DNA of 64,000 nucleotides from Abditibacteriaceae bacterium (GCA_965277285.1 OZ255721.1:1824001-1888000); one strand, 5' to 3'. Shown: positions 1 through 8,916, numbered from the stretch's first letter. The notes: generated by a model from the letters alone, not told the origin. A program made the numbers and translations.

Positions 1-2
1 AA

Positions 3-488
3 ATTCCGGCTGGCGTGGACGACGGCGACCGCGTGCGCGTGATGGGCGCGGGTGAAGATGGCGAAATGGGCGCCGGTGCAGGCGATTTGTATTGCTTCAT
101 CAGCGTGACGCCGCACAAAAGTTTCGAGCGCTACGACGATCACGTCGCCTTCGCCATGCCTTTGTCGTTTCCTCAAGCCGCATTGGGCGATACGATCCAG
201 GTTCCGACATTGGAGCGCGATGAAAACGGCGAAGTCAAAACCGCGGAAGTGACGGTTCCCGCAGGAACGCAGCCAGGCGAACAGTTTCGCATTCACGGCA
301 AAGGTTTTCCTAATCGCGGCGGTTATCGTGGCGACCAGATTTGTGTCACGCAACTGGTTGTCCCTAAAAAGTTGGATGAACGCCAGAAAGAACTGTTGCG
401 CGAGTACGCCGAAATCGGCGGCGAAGACCCCGAAGAACATCCGCGCGGTTTTTTCGACAAACTCAAGGACGCCTTCAAAGGCGATTGA
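3..488 (+). CDS. dnaJ: Chaperone DnaJ, C-terminal part (5'-truncated by window edge)
   Basis: IPAGVDDGDRVRVMGAGEDG..GDLY, VPAGTQPG..FRIHGKG, C-terminal GFFDKLKDAF: DnaJ C-terminal domain motifs. Confidence 0.93.
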   Translation: MPAGVDDGDRVRVMGAGEDGEMGAGAGDLYCFISVTPHKSFERYDDHVAFAMPLSFPQAALGDTIQVPTLERDENGEVKTAEVTVPAGTQPGEQFRIHGKGFPNRGGYRGDQICVTQLVVPKKLDERQKELLREYAEIGGEDPEEHPRGFFDKLKDAFKGD

Positions 489-513
489 AACGTTCACGCT
501 CCACAACGAACCA

Positions 514-612
514 AACGAACCCGAAGCGTAAGCGACGGGCTTAAGTAATGGTTTCATGCAGCTATTACTTAAGCCCGTCGCTTACGTCCGCCCAAAGGCA
601 CCCGGGTTCGTT
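514..612. repeat. REP-like doublet, family A (GAACCC(T/G)(G/A)AGCGT(C/A)AGCGACGGG)
   Basis: cgtaagcgacgggcttaagtaat (527-549) is perfectly inverted at 564-586; outer aacgaacccg pairs with cgggttcgtt; same unit recurs at six other loci. Confidence 0.85.
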
Positions 613-673
613 ATCACAATAAAACAACGAGGACTCAAATTGAGTACTCGTTGTTGCTTTTATCGCAACGAAT

Positions 674-997
674 CTATCGCGTTTTCAAAACCCACAACAG
701 CGAAACGATGGCGACGGCGCCCCAGAACGCGCCGACGTACAGCGGTTTTTGCAAGATGCAGCGCGTCGTTTTCTGTCCCAGAAAGTGCGAGGCGAGGAAT
801 AAAGCACTCGCAACGGCGGCGACAAACGGCAGCGCGAAATGTCCCAACGGCAGTGTGAGAAGCATCAAGGTCGCGGCTTTGCAAAAGTTGAACGCGGTTT
901 TCTCCAGTTCCGCGCCTTTGTCGCTGGGCGCATTCTGTGGCGCCTGATTCGAGGACTCGATTGGGTTTGGCGACGAAATAGGTTGTTCCATGATCAT
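674..997 (-). CDS. Small hypothetical membrane protein
   Basis: About 3 hydrophobic segments; ATG at 997 overlaps the TGA of the upstream gene (ATGA coupling); alternative start 991. Confidence 0.65.
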   Translation of the reverse strand: MIMEQPISSPNPIESSNQAPQNAPSDKGAELEKTAFNFCKAATLMLLTLPLGHFALPFVAAVASALFLASHFLGQKTTRCILQKPLYVGAFWGAVAIVSLLWVLKTR

Positions 998-1302
998 TTC
1001 CAGCGAAACAGAATTAAGCAGCAATTGAAGAATGCAGCGGCCACAATGAAAAACAAAAGACCAATCAATATTGATGGTGCGATGCCGCCACGCCATTCAG
1101 ATTCCATAAGCAGACAGGCGCCAACGCTACCAAATCCTAAAGCCACAACTGCGAGACAAACCGCACCGATCAAGCGCGCGAATTCGCCGAAAGTCAAGGT
1201 TTTAGTTTTGCCACGATGTTCCAATCGCGCGCCACAAAACGAACAAAACTCCTCGTTTTCCTGAACGCTCATCGCGCACTGTGGACATTGGTTTTGTGTC
1301 AT
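994..1302 (-). CDS. Zinc-ribbon membrane protein (paralog 4)
   Basis: CPQC..FCSFCGA, then two TM helices with LGFGSVGAC. Confidence 0.8.
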   Translation of the reverse strand: MTQNQCPQCAMSVQENEEFCSFCGARLEHRGKTKTLTFGEFARLIGAVCLAVVALGFGSVGACLLMESEWRGGIAPSILIGLLFFIVAAAFFNCCLILFRWK

Positions 1303-1315
1303 ATCGAGTACTCGG

Positions 1316-1678
1316 TTAGCGTTTTCTCTTCGTTTTTACGGCTCCCCAGAGGAACAGACCGGCAACCACAAACCATGTCAAAGCCATCACAGCGAACCAG
1401 GGCCATTGCGATGGAGAAAGAATGTCTGTCGATTTCGATGTGCCAACCGAGTAAGAGAAAAAACCAGCGCACGTTCCCAATAAGCCAAAGCCAACTGCGA
1501 CAAAGCACAGTACGACAGTGCCACACCCTTTGGCGCCACTTGCATCACTGGTCGCTTCCATACGCAAACGCGCGCCACAGTGCGGGCACAAATCGGCCTG
1601 CTGCGAAACTGGCGCACCACAGCGAAAACACGCGTCGCCGCCTGGTAACGGAATTGGTGGCGGCAATCGAGTACTCAT
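1316..1678 (-). CDS. Zinc-ribbon membrane protein (paralog 3)
   Basis: MSTRLPPPIP..CFRCGA..LCPHCGA, TM with GFGLLGTC; start 1678 overlaps the stop of the upstream paralog (ATGA). Confidence 0.8.
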   Translation of the reverse strand: MSTRLPPPIPLPGGDACFRCGAPVSQQADLCPHCGARLRMEATSDASGAKGCGTVVLCFVAVGFGLLGTCAGFFSYSVGTSKSTDILSPSQWPWFAVMALTWFVVAGLFLWGAVKTKRKR

Positions 1679-2028
1679 TTCTTGCGGCGATTCAGCGCCC
1701 AAACCGCCCAGCCGCAACCCAGCGCTGCCAGAAAGCAGAACGCGATGAAAGCGAAAATACCTTTGTAAGTACTCGGAGCATTCAGTCCGCCGGGTTCCGA
1801 CGAAGCAACCAGTAAAAGGCAGGCGCCAGTTCCGCCAAACCCCAGCGCCAGCATGACCAGGACAAACGTCGCCAGCGAAGCCCAGCAGGAAGTCGCCGTC
1901 GAAAACTGCGCCAACACCGCGCCGCAATTGGGACACAATTTCGGACGACCTTGCAGCGATGCGCCACAAACCGGACAAACATCGCTTAAAGGCGGCGGGA
2001 TCGGCGGTGGAAGAGAAAATTCGCTCAT
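1675..2028 (-). CDS. Zinc-ribbon membrane protein (paralog 2)
   Basis: LPPPIP..CPVCGA..LCPNCGA, TM with LGFGGTGAC. Confidence 0.8.
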   Translation of the reverse strand: MSEFSLPPPIPPPLSDVCPVCGASLQGRPKLCPNCGAVLAQFSTATSCWASLATFVLVMLALGFGGTGACLLLVASSEPGGLNAPSTYKGIFAFIAFCFLAALGCGWAVWALNRRKK

Positions 2029-2039
2029 AGAGAAATTGT

Positions 2040-2321
2040 TTACGAACGCTTCCAGAAACGCACTACGATAAAGGTCAAAATCCCAAAAATGACGAACGGC
2101 AGCACGCCTTGAAACAACGCCGCAAAAAACGCGATTTTGCGTGACGCGATGACGACCAACAAACCTATCATAACTACAAAAAACATCGAAATGTACAACA
2201 AAATCTCTACTGCAACGCGCTTGCGAGACGCCGCTGTCGGCAACTCAACGCCGCAACGCGGACATCGCGTCGCGTTTGCAGGAATCTCCGCGCCGCATTC
2301 ACGGCAAACTTCACGACTCAT
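2040..2321 (-). CDS. Zinc-ribbon membrane protein (paralog 1)
   Basis: CRECGAEIPANATRCPRCG plus two TM helices. Confidence 0.8.
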   Translation of the reverse strand: MSREVCRECGAEIPANATRCPRCGVELPTAASRKRVAVEILLYISMFFVVMIGLLVVIASRKIAFFAALFQGVLPFVIFGILTFIVVRFWKRS

Positions 2322-2362
2322 AGTTCAACGTCCTTTTTATTCAACTTCAATTTAACTTCAGC

Positions 2363-2429
2363 CAACCGCGCGCGGAAGCCAGCGGGCTTTAGCGGAAATA
2401 ACATAAGCCCGCTGGCTTCCACGCGGTTG
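2363..2429. repeat. REP-like inverted repeat (family B)
   Basis: caaccgcg..ggaagccagcgggctt (2363-2389) pairs with aagcccgctggcttcc.cgcggttg (2405-2429); intergenic. Confidence 0.7.
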
Positions 2430-2431
2430 AG

Positions 2432-3163
2432 TTAAGATTCCAGCACAATTGCAGTCGCCACGTTGGACGTTTGGCAACGCTTCCATAACCATCGAGTACT
2501 CAAAATCGCCAACAATAAACAGACAATTTGCGCCAGCGACAACGCGCCAAACAAAAGGTCGCGCTCGCGCCAGAATTCGATAACGAAGCGTGATAGACCG
2601 AACAACGCCAGATACAAAATCCACGCATCGCCTTCGTGCTTCAAGCGATGACGCGACCACCAAATGGCGCCGAAAATCACCAGGGACGCCAAGCCCAAAA
2701 TCGCCTGCGTCGGAACGCGCCACGCGCCATGTTGCCACAAAGAGAAAGGACTTTTTTCGCAAATCACGCCATAACAGCAACCGTTGAAAAAGCAGCCGAT
2801 GCGCCCGACGGCTTCGCCCAAAGGTAGCGCGAGCGCGAAACTATCGCCGGTCGAACGCTTGATGCCCAGCTTTCGCTTCGCCATTTCGACGAACAACCAG
2901 CCGAAAAGAATGCCGCCGATCACAGTTCGTCCGCCCTGCTGTGGATCGAAAAACTCCAGTGGGTGATTTGCGAAATAAAGCGGATGCGCCAGAATCCATT
3001 CCGTCAGTTTGGCGCCCAGAACACCGCCGCACAACGCCCAAACTGCCACCAAACCCAAACCTTCGGTCGCCATTTTGCGGCGCCGCAAATCCCACCACAA
3101 AATTAGCGCGCCGACAACATAGGCGAGCGTCGTGAAAAATTGTCCTAAAACCGGATTGGTCAT
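2432..3163 (-). CDS. lgt: Prolipoprotein diacylglyceryl transferase (Lgt) family protein, divergent
   Basis: GGVLGAKL, GEAVGRIGCFFNGCCYG, PTQ, RFVIEFWR motifs; multi-TM; start MTNPVL at 3163. Confidence 0.85.
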   Translation of the reverse strand: MTNPVLGQFFTTLAYVVGALILWWDLRRRKMATEGLGLVAVWALCGGVLGAKLTEWILAHPLYFANHPLEFFDPQQGGRTVIGGILFGWLFVEMAKRKLGIKRSTGDSFALALPLGEAVGRIGCFFNGCCYGVICEKSPFSLWQHGAWRVPTQAILGLASLVIFGAIWWSRHRLKHEGDAWILYLALFGLSRFVIEFWRERDLLFGALSLAQIVCLLLAILSTRWLWKRCQTSNVATAIVLES

Positions 3164-3205
3164 TATCGAGTACTCGATTGCTGCAGCGTCTCGCTTACGG
3201 AACAA

Positions 3206-3245
3206 TCTCATAGAACCCGAAGCGTCAGCGACGGGTTCTATGAGA
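3206..3245. repeat. Single family-A REP unit inside a hairpin
   Basis: tctcatagaacccg-aagcgtcagcga-cgggttctatgaga. Confidence 0.8.
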
Positions 3246-3274
3246 AGCTGGCTTTTTTATAAGAAGTTGACGTT

Positions 3275-4843
3275 TTAGCGCAGCGAACTCAAAGGCACAA
3301 ATGAACTTTGCACTTTGTCTTGCGGAAAGTCGCTGGCATCGCCGAACAGCCAGCGCCAACAAAACGAGAAGCGGCGCGGATCGTCTTCAAACGTTCCCGT
3401 ATGAACGCAGCATTGGCGAATGCGCGCTTCGTGCAAAGTGTGCGCGTCCATAAACATTTTCACCGTAACGCGAAACGTTCGCTGCGCCAATTCTTCGAGA
3501 ACGCGTTCTTCATTCCGCCTGGCCGCGACTTTCCACAAGCCGCCCAAAAGTTGCGGCAAGCCGGGCACGCAATCGCACATCTGACTTAAATCGCGCGCCA
3601 GATTCGTTGCGCCAACTGGCAACTGCTCCGACCAGATGCGTCCCAGTGCGCCACTTTTCAAGAGTTCAACCATCGGTTCGCTCAAAGCATCGAACGAAAT
3701 CGTGTTGGAAACCAGATGCAGCCATTTCTTCAATTCATCGCGCCCCACCAGTTCCGGCAACGATTTCCAACCGTCGTTTGGCGTGCGCAGAAAATACGAA
3801 ATGTCGCAGCAATCGCGGTGAGAACAGGGAAGTGGAATAAAGTCCGTTGTCTTAAAAAGTCCGCCGCCCTGCTCTGCCAAACGCTTGATAACGCCGGTTG
3901 GCGTAGCGCGGTCGCGCGGATCGAAGTCGGGCGCGCGTCCCGAACCGAACATCGGTTGCAGCGCCAAACCGGAAACGCGCGGACTTTCCAAAGCCATTTG
4001 CGCGACTTCCCCGATCTCGTTTTCATTCACGCCGCGACGCACCGTCATCGTCAAGGTCGTCCAAAGTTGTGCGTCGTTCAATCGTCCCAACGTCGCCATT
4101 TTTTCCGATAAAACATCTTCGTTGCGCAACATTTGGTAAGTTCGAGTACTCGATCCATCGAACTGCAAATATACTTCAATTTTGTTGCGATGCTTCTGCA
4201 AAAAACTCAAAAACTTATCGTCGCGCGCCAGTCGTCGCCCGTTTGTGTTGAGCACGATACGTGTGATTGGCAGCGGCAAAAGTTGTTCGATGAGGGTTTG
4301 CAAATCGTCGCGGATCGTCGGTTCGCCGCCGGACAGCATCAACACGCTGAGTTTGCCGCCTTCGCGCGCGATAATCGTTTGCACCGTGAACAAAACATCT
4401 TGGATCGTTGGTTTCTCATCGCGCGCAACCGGCGTCCCGGGCGGAAGCGCCGCCGCGTAACACGTCGTGCAGCCGTAATTGCAACGGTCGGTGATGTTTA
4501 AGACGAGAATGCACGTATGTTGTCCGTGCGAAGCGGGAAGTCCGCGCGCGTAGCCATGTGGAAAACCGGCGAAGTTGTCGCTGCGGTCAGGCGTAATGGT
4601 TGAAGTCGGCGTGCTCCAGCCGCGCCGAGATTGCCATAGTTCGGCATCTTCTTCATACAACGATTCCGTTTCACCATGACGCGCGCACCAGCGCCGCAGC
4701 CAAACGCTGCCGTCGTGCGAAACCAGCATTCCATCTTTCCAAACGTCGGCATCGTCGCTGCGAACCGCGCCTTCGTTGACACATTCGGGACAAACCGTGC
4801 GCGTATATTCTTCAATGACATAAGGTCGCGTGGAAGAAGTCAT
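3275..4843 (-). CDS. Radical SAM protein, MJ0619/Tes (tetraether lipid synthase)-like family
   Basis: CNYGCTTC (CX3CX2C), SGGEPT, LNTNG, VYLQFDG; N-terminal CPEC..CARHG; C-terminal LPCSHRDC, FMDAH..QCCVH..SFC; start 4843 or 4855. Confidence 0.85.
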   Translation of the reverse strand: MTSSTRPYVIEEYTRTVCPECVNEGAVRSDDADVWKDGMLVSHDGSVWLRRWCARHGETESLYEEDAELWQSRRGWSTPTSTITPDRSDNFAGFPHGYARGLPASHGQHTCILVLNITDRCNYGCTTCYAAALPPGTPVARDEKPTIQDVLFTVQTIIAREGGKLSVLMLSGGEPTIRDDLQTLIEQLLPLPITRIVLNTNGRRLARDDKFLSFLQKHRNKIEVYLQFDGSSTRTYQMLRNEDVLSEKMATLGRLNDAQLWTTLTMTVRRGVNENEIGEVAQMALESPRVSGLALQPMFGSGRAPDFDPRDRATPTGVIKRLAEQGGGLFKTTDFIPLPCSHRDCCDISYFLRTPNDGWKSLPELVGRDELKKWLHLVSNTISFDALSEPMVELLKSGALGRIWSEQLPVGATNLARDLSQMCDCVPGLPQLLGGLWKVAARRNEERVLEELAQRTFRVTVKMFMDAHTLHEARIRQCCVHTGTFEDDPRRFSFCWRWLFGDASDFPQDKVQSSFVPLSSLR

Positions 4844-5007
4844 GTTCAATCGCATTGCTGTTTTTCTATTTCGGCTAACGTTTCGAGTACTCGATAAGCG
4901 CCGGAAACGCGACACAAAGCAGCACGACAAGAGCGAATCGAACAACGCGAGTTTCCGAGGAAAGCTGTTTCATGGCATTACGTTTCTTATATTCAACTGT
5001 CAACAAT

Positions 5008-5601
5008 TTAGAGCGAATGCTCACGTTTATATTTGCGCCAATCGAAACTGAACCAAATGATGGCAATAATAACCGATAGAATGTTTCCGATGTGCAACCC
5101 CACAATTGAGCCACCAACCCAAACCCATCGCAAAAGGTCGAATTGTGTTAATCCCGGAGTTGAAGGTAATTCAACAAACCGTCGAAACAATGAGGGCGCC
5201 ACGATTAACAACATTGCCGCATTCAACCCCATTGCAAAATAAATGGCAAACAACAACAAAACACAACGCTTAAAACCTCGTAACGCCAAATGAAAAGGGC
5301 AACGTCCTCGAGAATGGACAACTATGCCAAACACGTAAGACACCGACATGATGCAAAATCCTCCGCCTGCAACCATGCCCTCTTGCAAAATATTTATCAA
5401 CCCTTCTGATTGCGTTCGATTGATCCAATAACCATGATATTGAAAATAGAGAGGAGAAATCACGACATCGAATGCGTTCATCAAGGCGCCGCCGACAATT
5501 CCCGACAAGACGCCGAGGGGAATTAGTGCGAAGAGCGGCCACAAACGAGCGCGCCGCAATCGTGCGAAAGTCGGCATCAATTGCGGCGCGGAATTGGTCA
5601 T
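5008..5601 (-). CDS. Hypothetical membrane protein
   Basis: 197 aa ORF with about 4-5 TM segments, AT-richer than neighbours. Confidence 0.7.
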   Translation of the reverse strand: MTNSAPQLMPTFARLRRARLWPLFALIPLGVLSGIVGGALMNAFDVVISPLYFQYHGYWINRTQSEGLINILQEGMVAGGGFCIMSVSYVFGIVVHSRGRCPFHLALRGFKRCVLLLFAIYFAMGLNAAMLLIVAPSLFRRFVELPSTPGLTQFDLLRWVWVGGSIVGLHIGNILSVIIAIIWFSFDWRKYKREHSL

Positions 5602-5645
5602 ATCGAGTACTCGATTGCGGTGGCAGACAGATTGGAACAGTCTGC

Positions 5646-5727
5646 AAGAACCCTGAGCGTCAGCGACGGATGAAGTGACAATGCAATGGAGCTTTCATTT
5701 CATCCGTCGCCGAGGCTCGGGGTTCTT
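5646..5727. repeat. REP-like doublet, family A
   Basis: aagaaccctgagcgtcagcgacggatgaa (5646-5674) with an imperfect inverted copy at 5699-5727. Confidence 0.85.
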
Positions 5728-5743
5728 TATCGAAGTTCTTCGC

Positions 5744-7627
5744 TTAAAAGCCTTCGCGCACTTCGACGCGGACTTCGCGGCGCGAGGTCTGGTAAACCAG
5801 GCCGTAGGCAAACTCTTTATACGCGCGCAGAACGCCATAGGTTTGGTCGCGCAATTTCTTTTGATCCAGGTCGTAGCGCAAATCAACGGGAAACAGGTAG
5901 CGTGGCGTCGGCGAAATATCGAACGTCGTGCGCAGTTCGTGACGAATTTCGACCTGATCGAAGCGAAATGGCGTGTTGCCCGACAGCGAAGTGCCGCGAT
6001 AGGAGATCGCGCCGCGCACATACGGCAGCAATTTTCCCGCGTAGCCGACTTCAAAACCAGCGTTGCGGTAACTGTCGCTGCGATTGCCGTAGCGCGACAC
6101 GCGCGCGAACAAATCGAGATAAGGGCCAGGAACATCCGCGCCGCGCGTCGTGAAGTTCAGCAAACCACTGATGCGGCTGGTATCGACGTGGCTATTATTG
6201 ATGCCAATCAAACGTTCGTCGTAATGTCCCGTGCTCGCCGAAAACGACAAACCCGCCAATCGTCCGCCGGGCAGTTTGAACAACGGCCTCAAACCAGTGG
6301 AATAAATAATTTCCGGCGTGCGATTCAGCGTGATGCGGTCGGTCAACTGCGTCGAAATAATGTCGTTGTGCCGCAAGCCGATGCTGAATGTACCGAAACG
6401 CGTTGGCGCCGCCGCAGCCACGCCACCACGAAATCCCAAGCGCTGCGACAAACCAATATCCGCCGTCACGCCCGCGCCATTGGGATTAGGCGTAAATCCG
6501 TAGCCCAGTTGCGTTGTCACCAAAAGCCCATCCACCGAATTCACGTTGATGCGCGGCGTGAGGCTGAACGATTGCGGATTGCGCGGCCCGGCGCCGAAAG
6601 TATTGATCACATACGACGGGACGGGCAGCAATCGCGTTTTGCCCAGATAAAGAAAGCCGCGCTGCACGCCGATGCGCGCGCGTCTCCGCCTCAAACTCCC
6701 GCTTTGTGGCGAAACCGAACTCGGGCCGTTCGCCACATCGCTCGGAACGTTCGGCGCATCGTCCGCCGCGCTGCCTGTCGCATCAACCGTGATGGTTTGG
6801 GCGCGCAGGCTAAACGGTGGCGTGCCATAAGTGTCGCGTTCCTGCTTGCTCAAGCCGCCGGGAAAAAGCGTCACGTCGTGCGCGATATATAACCTTCCGT
6901 TGATAGTCAACTGATCGGTCGTCACGGAAAAATCTGTTAAATCCAATTCCGCTTTGTCCAGCGTGCCGCGTTTCTTGTTGAAATCGTATTGGAAGTTCTG
7001 ACCGCGCAACGTTTCGGTCACCGTCTCTTTCTGCCCGGGATAAATGCCGCGATCCACCAGAGATTGCGCCACCAAAGGCCGATCCCGCCGGGTGCGCTGC
7101 CTTTCGACGACAACTGCTCCTTTCGCATGCAACGTGCGATGAACCGTGTCCAATTCGATGCGCTCGGCCTGCACGCGCGTGTCACTGGTTTGAAAAACCA
7201 CGCCCTTGTCGCCCTTGCTTTCTGCGATGATTACGCCGTTTTCATAACGCACCGCATCCGCCGTCAAACGCCCGGCGCCTTTCGAGTACTCGATTGACTT
7301 TCCGTTCGCTGTCGAAGTTGTCGCTGTCGAAGTTGTCGCTGTCGCTGTCGAAGTTGTCGCGGCTGGCATTGGTGTGGCAGCAGTCATCGCTGGCGAAGCC
7401 GAAGTTCCACTGGTGGCCGTTGAAGAAGACGGCGCGGACGTTGTTGTATCCGCTGCCACATTCGGCGTCGCATTTGGCGTGGCGTCCGGCGTGGCGACTG
7501 AAGTTGTTGAATCGCTGCTGGTTTGAGTATTCGGTTGCGCCGCCGATTGCGCGTGTGCGACGGGCGCGAGAACGCACCAAGTCAGGGCGAAAATCAAAGT
7601 CGAGCGTGAGGAAAGGCGTAGAATCAT
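5744..7627 (-). CDS. Outer-membrane protein, LptD/OstA-like
   Basis: Signal peptide, Thr/Ser-rich linker, OstA-like segment (LTADAVRYE, QAERIELD), beta-strand-rich C-half ending in Phe. Confidence 0.65.
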   Translation of the reverse strand: MILRLSSRSTLIFALTWCVLAPVAHAQSAAQPNTQTSSDSTTSVATPDATPNATPNVAADTTTSAPSSSTATSGTSASPAMTAATPMPAATTSTATATTSTATTSTANGKSIEYSKGAGRLTADAVRYENGVIIAESKGDKGVVFQTSDTRVQAERIELDTVHRTLHAKGAVVVERQRTRRDRPLVAQSLVDRGIYPGQKETVTETLRGQNFQYDFNKKRGTLDKAELDLTDFSVTTDQLTINGRLYIAHDVTLFPGGLSKQERDTYGTPPFSLRAQTITVDATGSAADDAPNVPSDVANGPSSVSPQSGSLRRRRARIGVQRGFLYLGKTRLLPVPSYVINTFGAGPRNPQSFSLTPRINVNSVDGLLVTTQLGYGFTPNPNGAGVTADIGLSQRLGFRGGVAAAAPTRFGTFSIGLRHNDIISTQLTDRITLNRTPEIIYSTGLRPLFKLPGGRLAGLSFSASTGHYDERLIGINNSHVDTSRISGLLNFTTRGADVPGPYLDLFARVSRYGNRSDSYRNAGFEVGYAGKLLPYVRGAISYRGTSLSGNTPFRFDQVEIRHELRTTFDISPTPRYLFPVDLRYDLDQKKLRDQTYGVLRAYKEFAYGLVYQTSRREVRVEVREGF

Positions 7628-7666
7628 GGGCGAAAAAGCACGAAAATTGGTGGCTCAAATTTTACG

Positions 7667-7699
7667 AAAAAACCGATGTCGGAAACTCCGGCATCGGTT
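7667..7699 (-). terminator. Rho-independent terminator
   Basis: aaccgatgtcgg-aaact-ccggcatcggtt stem followed by a U-run on the minus strand. Confidence 0.7.
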
Positions 7700-7776
7700 A
7701 GAAATCGAAACTCAAAAAAGGTTCTGCGCAGGTTTATCCGCTTCGACGACAGCTTTAGGTTAACGCTTAATGCGCA

Positions 7777-8916
7777 CTAAAACTTGATGCTGACGCCGCC
7801 CGCCAGAACGTTGCTACGTCCGGTCGAAGGCGCGCTGAACAAGCGTTGATAAAGCAGGTTCAAGCTCATATTATGCGACACGTCTAAGCCAAGGTTGAGA
7901 CCTGCCATCGTGGACGGCGCCATCGAATTCACATCTTCGGGTGTCAGGCGCGACAATTTAGCGACCAGCGACAGGCGATTTTGCCATGCCGAAAGCCCGA
8001 CGCCGCCCGTCACGCGCGTGGCGCCAAAAGAGGTATTATCGCCAGCCACTTTTTCGACTTGTGTCGAAAACAGCAAGCCATTGCGCAGCGAGAAATCCAG
8101 TCCGCCACCCAGACTGCGCTCCTGGCTTTGCCCAAGAGTTCCGGCATTTTGCAAACCCAGACGCGCCAAACCTGTTGGGTTCGCTGTCAAATCACGATTC
8201 AGGTAACTTGCGTGCAGCGACAAGCCGCGCGACACATCGAAGGCCAATCCCGCGCCCTGCACGCGCGTCGAAACACCGTTGCCCAACGGGTCTTGCGATT
8301 CGCGCTCGAGCGCCGAGACCGCCGAATCAATGCGAAAACGTTGTGCCAGCGAAGTGCCGTTGCTCGCCGCTGTTTCGCCACGAACGGAATTATCGCGTAC
8401 AGACAACAAAGGCGCCGAAGTTCGAGTACTCGAATTTGAACCTGCGGGCGCATCCAAGCGCGCCAGCAAGCGCAACGCGGCGCCCGTATCAACGCCCAGT
8501 TTTTGCAATTCAGGGCGTAAATTCGTTGTCAAATCGCGCAAAGCACGCACGTTGGAAGTCGAAACAGTCGCGTCCCAAGACGCATCAGCGTCATGGCGCG
8601 CCGTTACGGTGTAGATCGCTTCCGCTGTTTGCAGCGCCATTTCATAGCGCGTCAAAAGAGTGCTGGCGCCCTTGGCATTGTTGCCAACGCCGTTAATCGC
8701 AGTAGAAGGCGTGCTCAGCCATCCGCTACGCGAGATGACGCTCATCGAACGATATAAAGGATCACTCGCCGCGACAGTCGCAAACTCATCGGCGCGCGCC
8801 GCACGAGGCGCATTGGCCAGCGCGCCGCCCAGCAAGGTCGCACAAAGCAGAACGCGTCCGGCGCGCGCGAAACCGCGACACGACGGAGCAGAAGTTTTAG
8901 GAATTGAGAAAATCAT
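7777..8916 (-). CDS. SLH-like domain + beta-barrel outer membrane protein (OmpM/porin-like)
   Basis: Signal peptide; FATV...Y..M..ISRSG...LTRYEMA SLH-like segment, coiled stalk (LRPELQKLGVD), alternating beta strands, terminal Phe; start uncertain (8916/8958). Confidence 0.65.
   Translation of the reverse strand: MIFSIPKTSAPSCRGFARAGRVLLCATLLGGALANAPRAARADEFATVAASDPLYRSMSVISRSGWLSTPSTAINGVGNNAKGASTLLTRYEMALQTAEAIYTVTARHDADASWDATVSTSNVRALRDLTTNLRPELQKLGVDTGAALRLLARLDAPAGSNSSTRTSAPLLSVRDNSVRGETAASNGTSLAQRFRIDSAVSALERESQDPLGNGVSTRVQGAGLAFDVSRGLSLHASYLNRDLTANPTGLARLGLQNAGTLGQSQERSLGGGLDFSLRNGLLFSTQVEKVAGDNTSFGATRVTGGVGLSAWQNRLSLVAKLSRLTPEDVNSMAPSTMAGLNLGLDVSHNMSLNLLYQRLFSAPSTGRSNVLAGGVSIKF

Noticed and set aside
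1679..1978. N-terminal extension of ORF 1316..1978
   Set aside because: It overlaps paralog 2 in another frame; the ATG at 1678 gives a protein matching its paralogs.
5675..6892. 405-aa plus-strand ORF
   Set aside because: Antisense shadow of the LptD-like gene, starting inside a REP; no recognisable motifs.
7306..7358. 15-bp tandem repeat (STATT) in the LptD-like gene
   Set aside because: Ordinary low-complexity linker, covered under the general linker observation.
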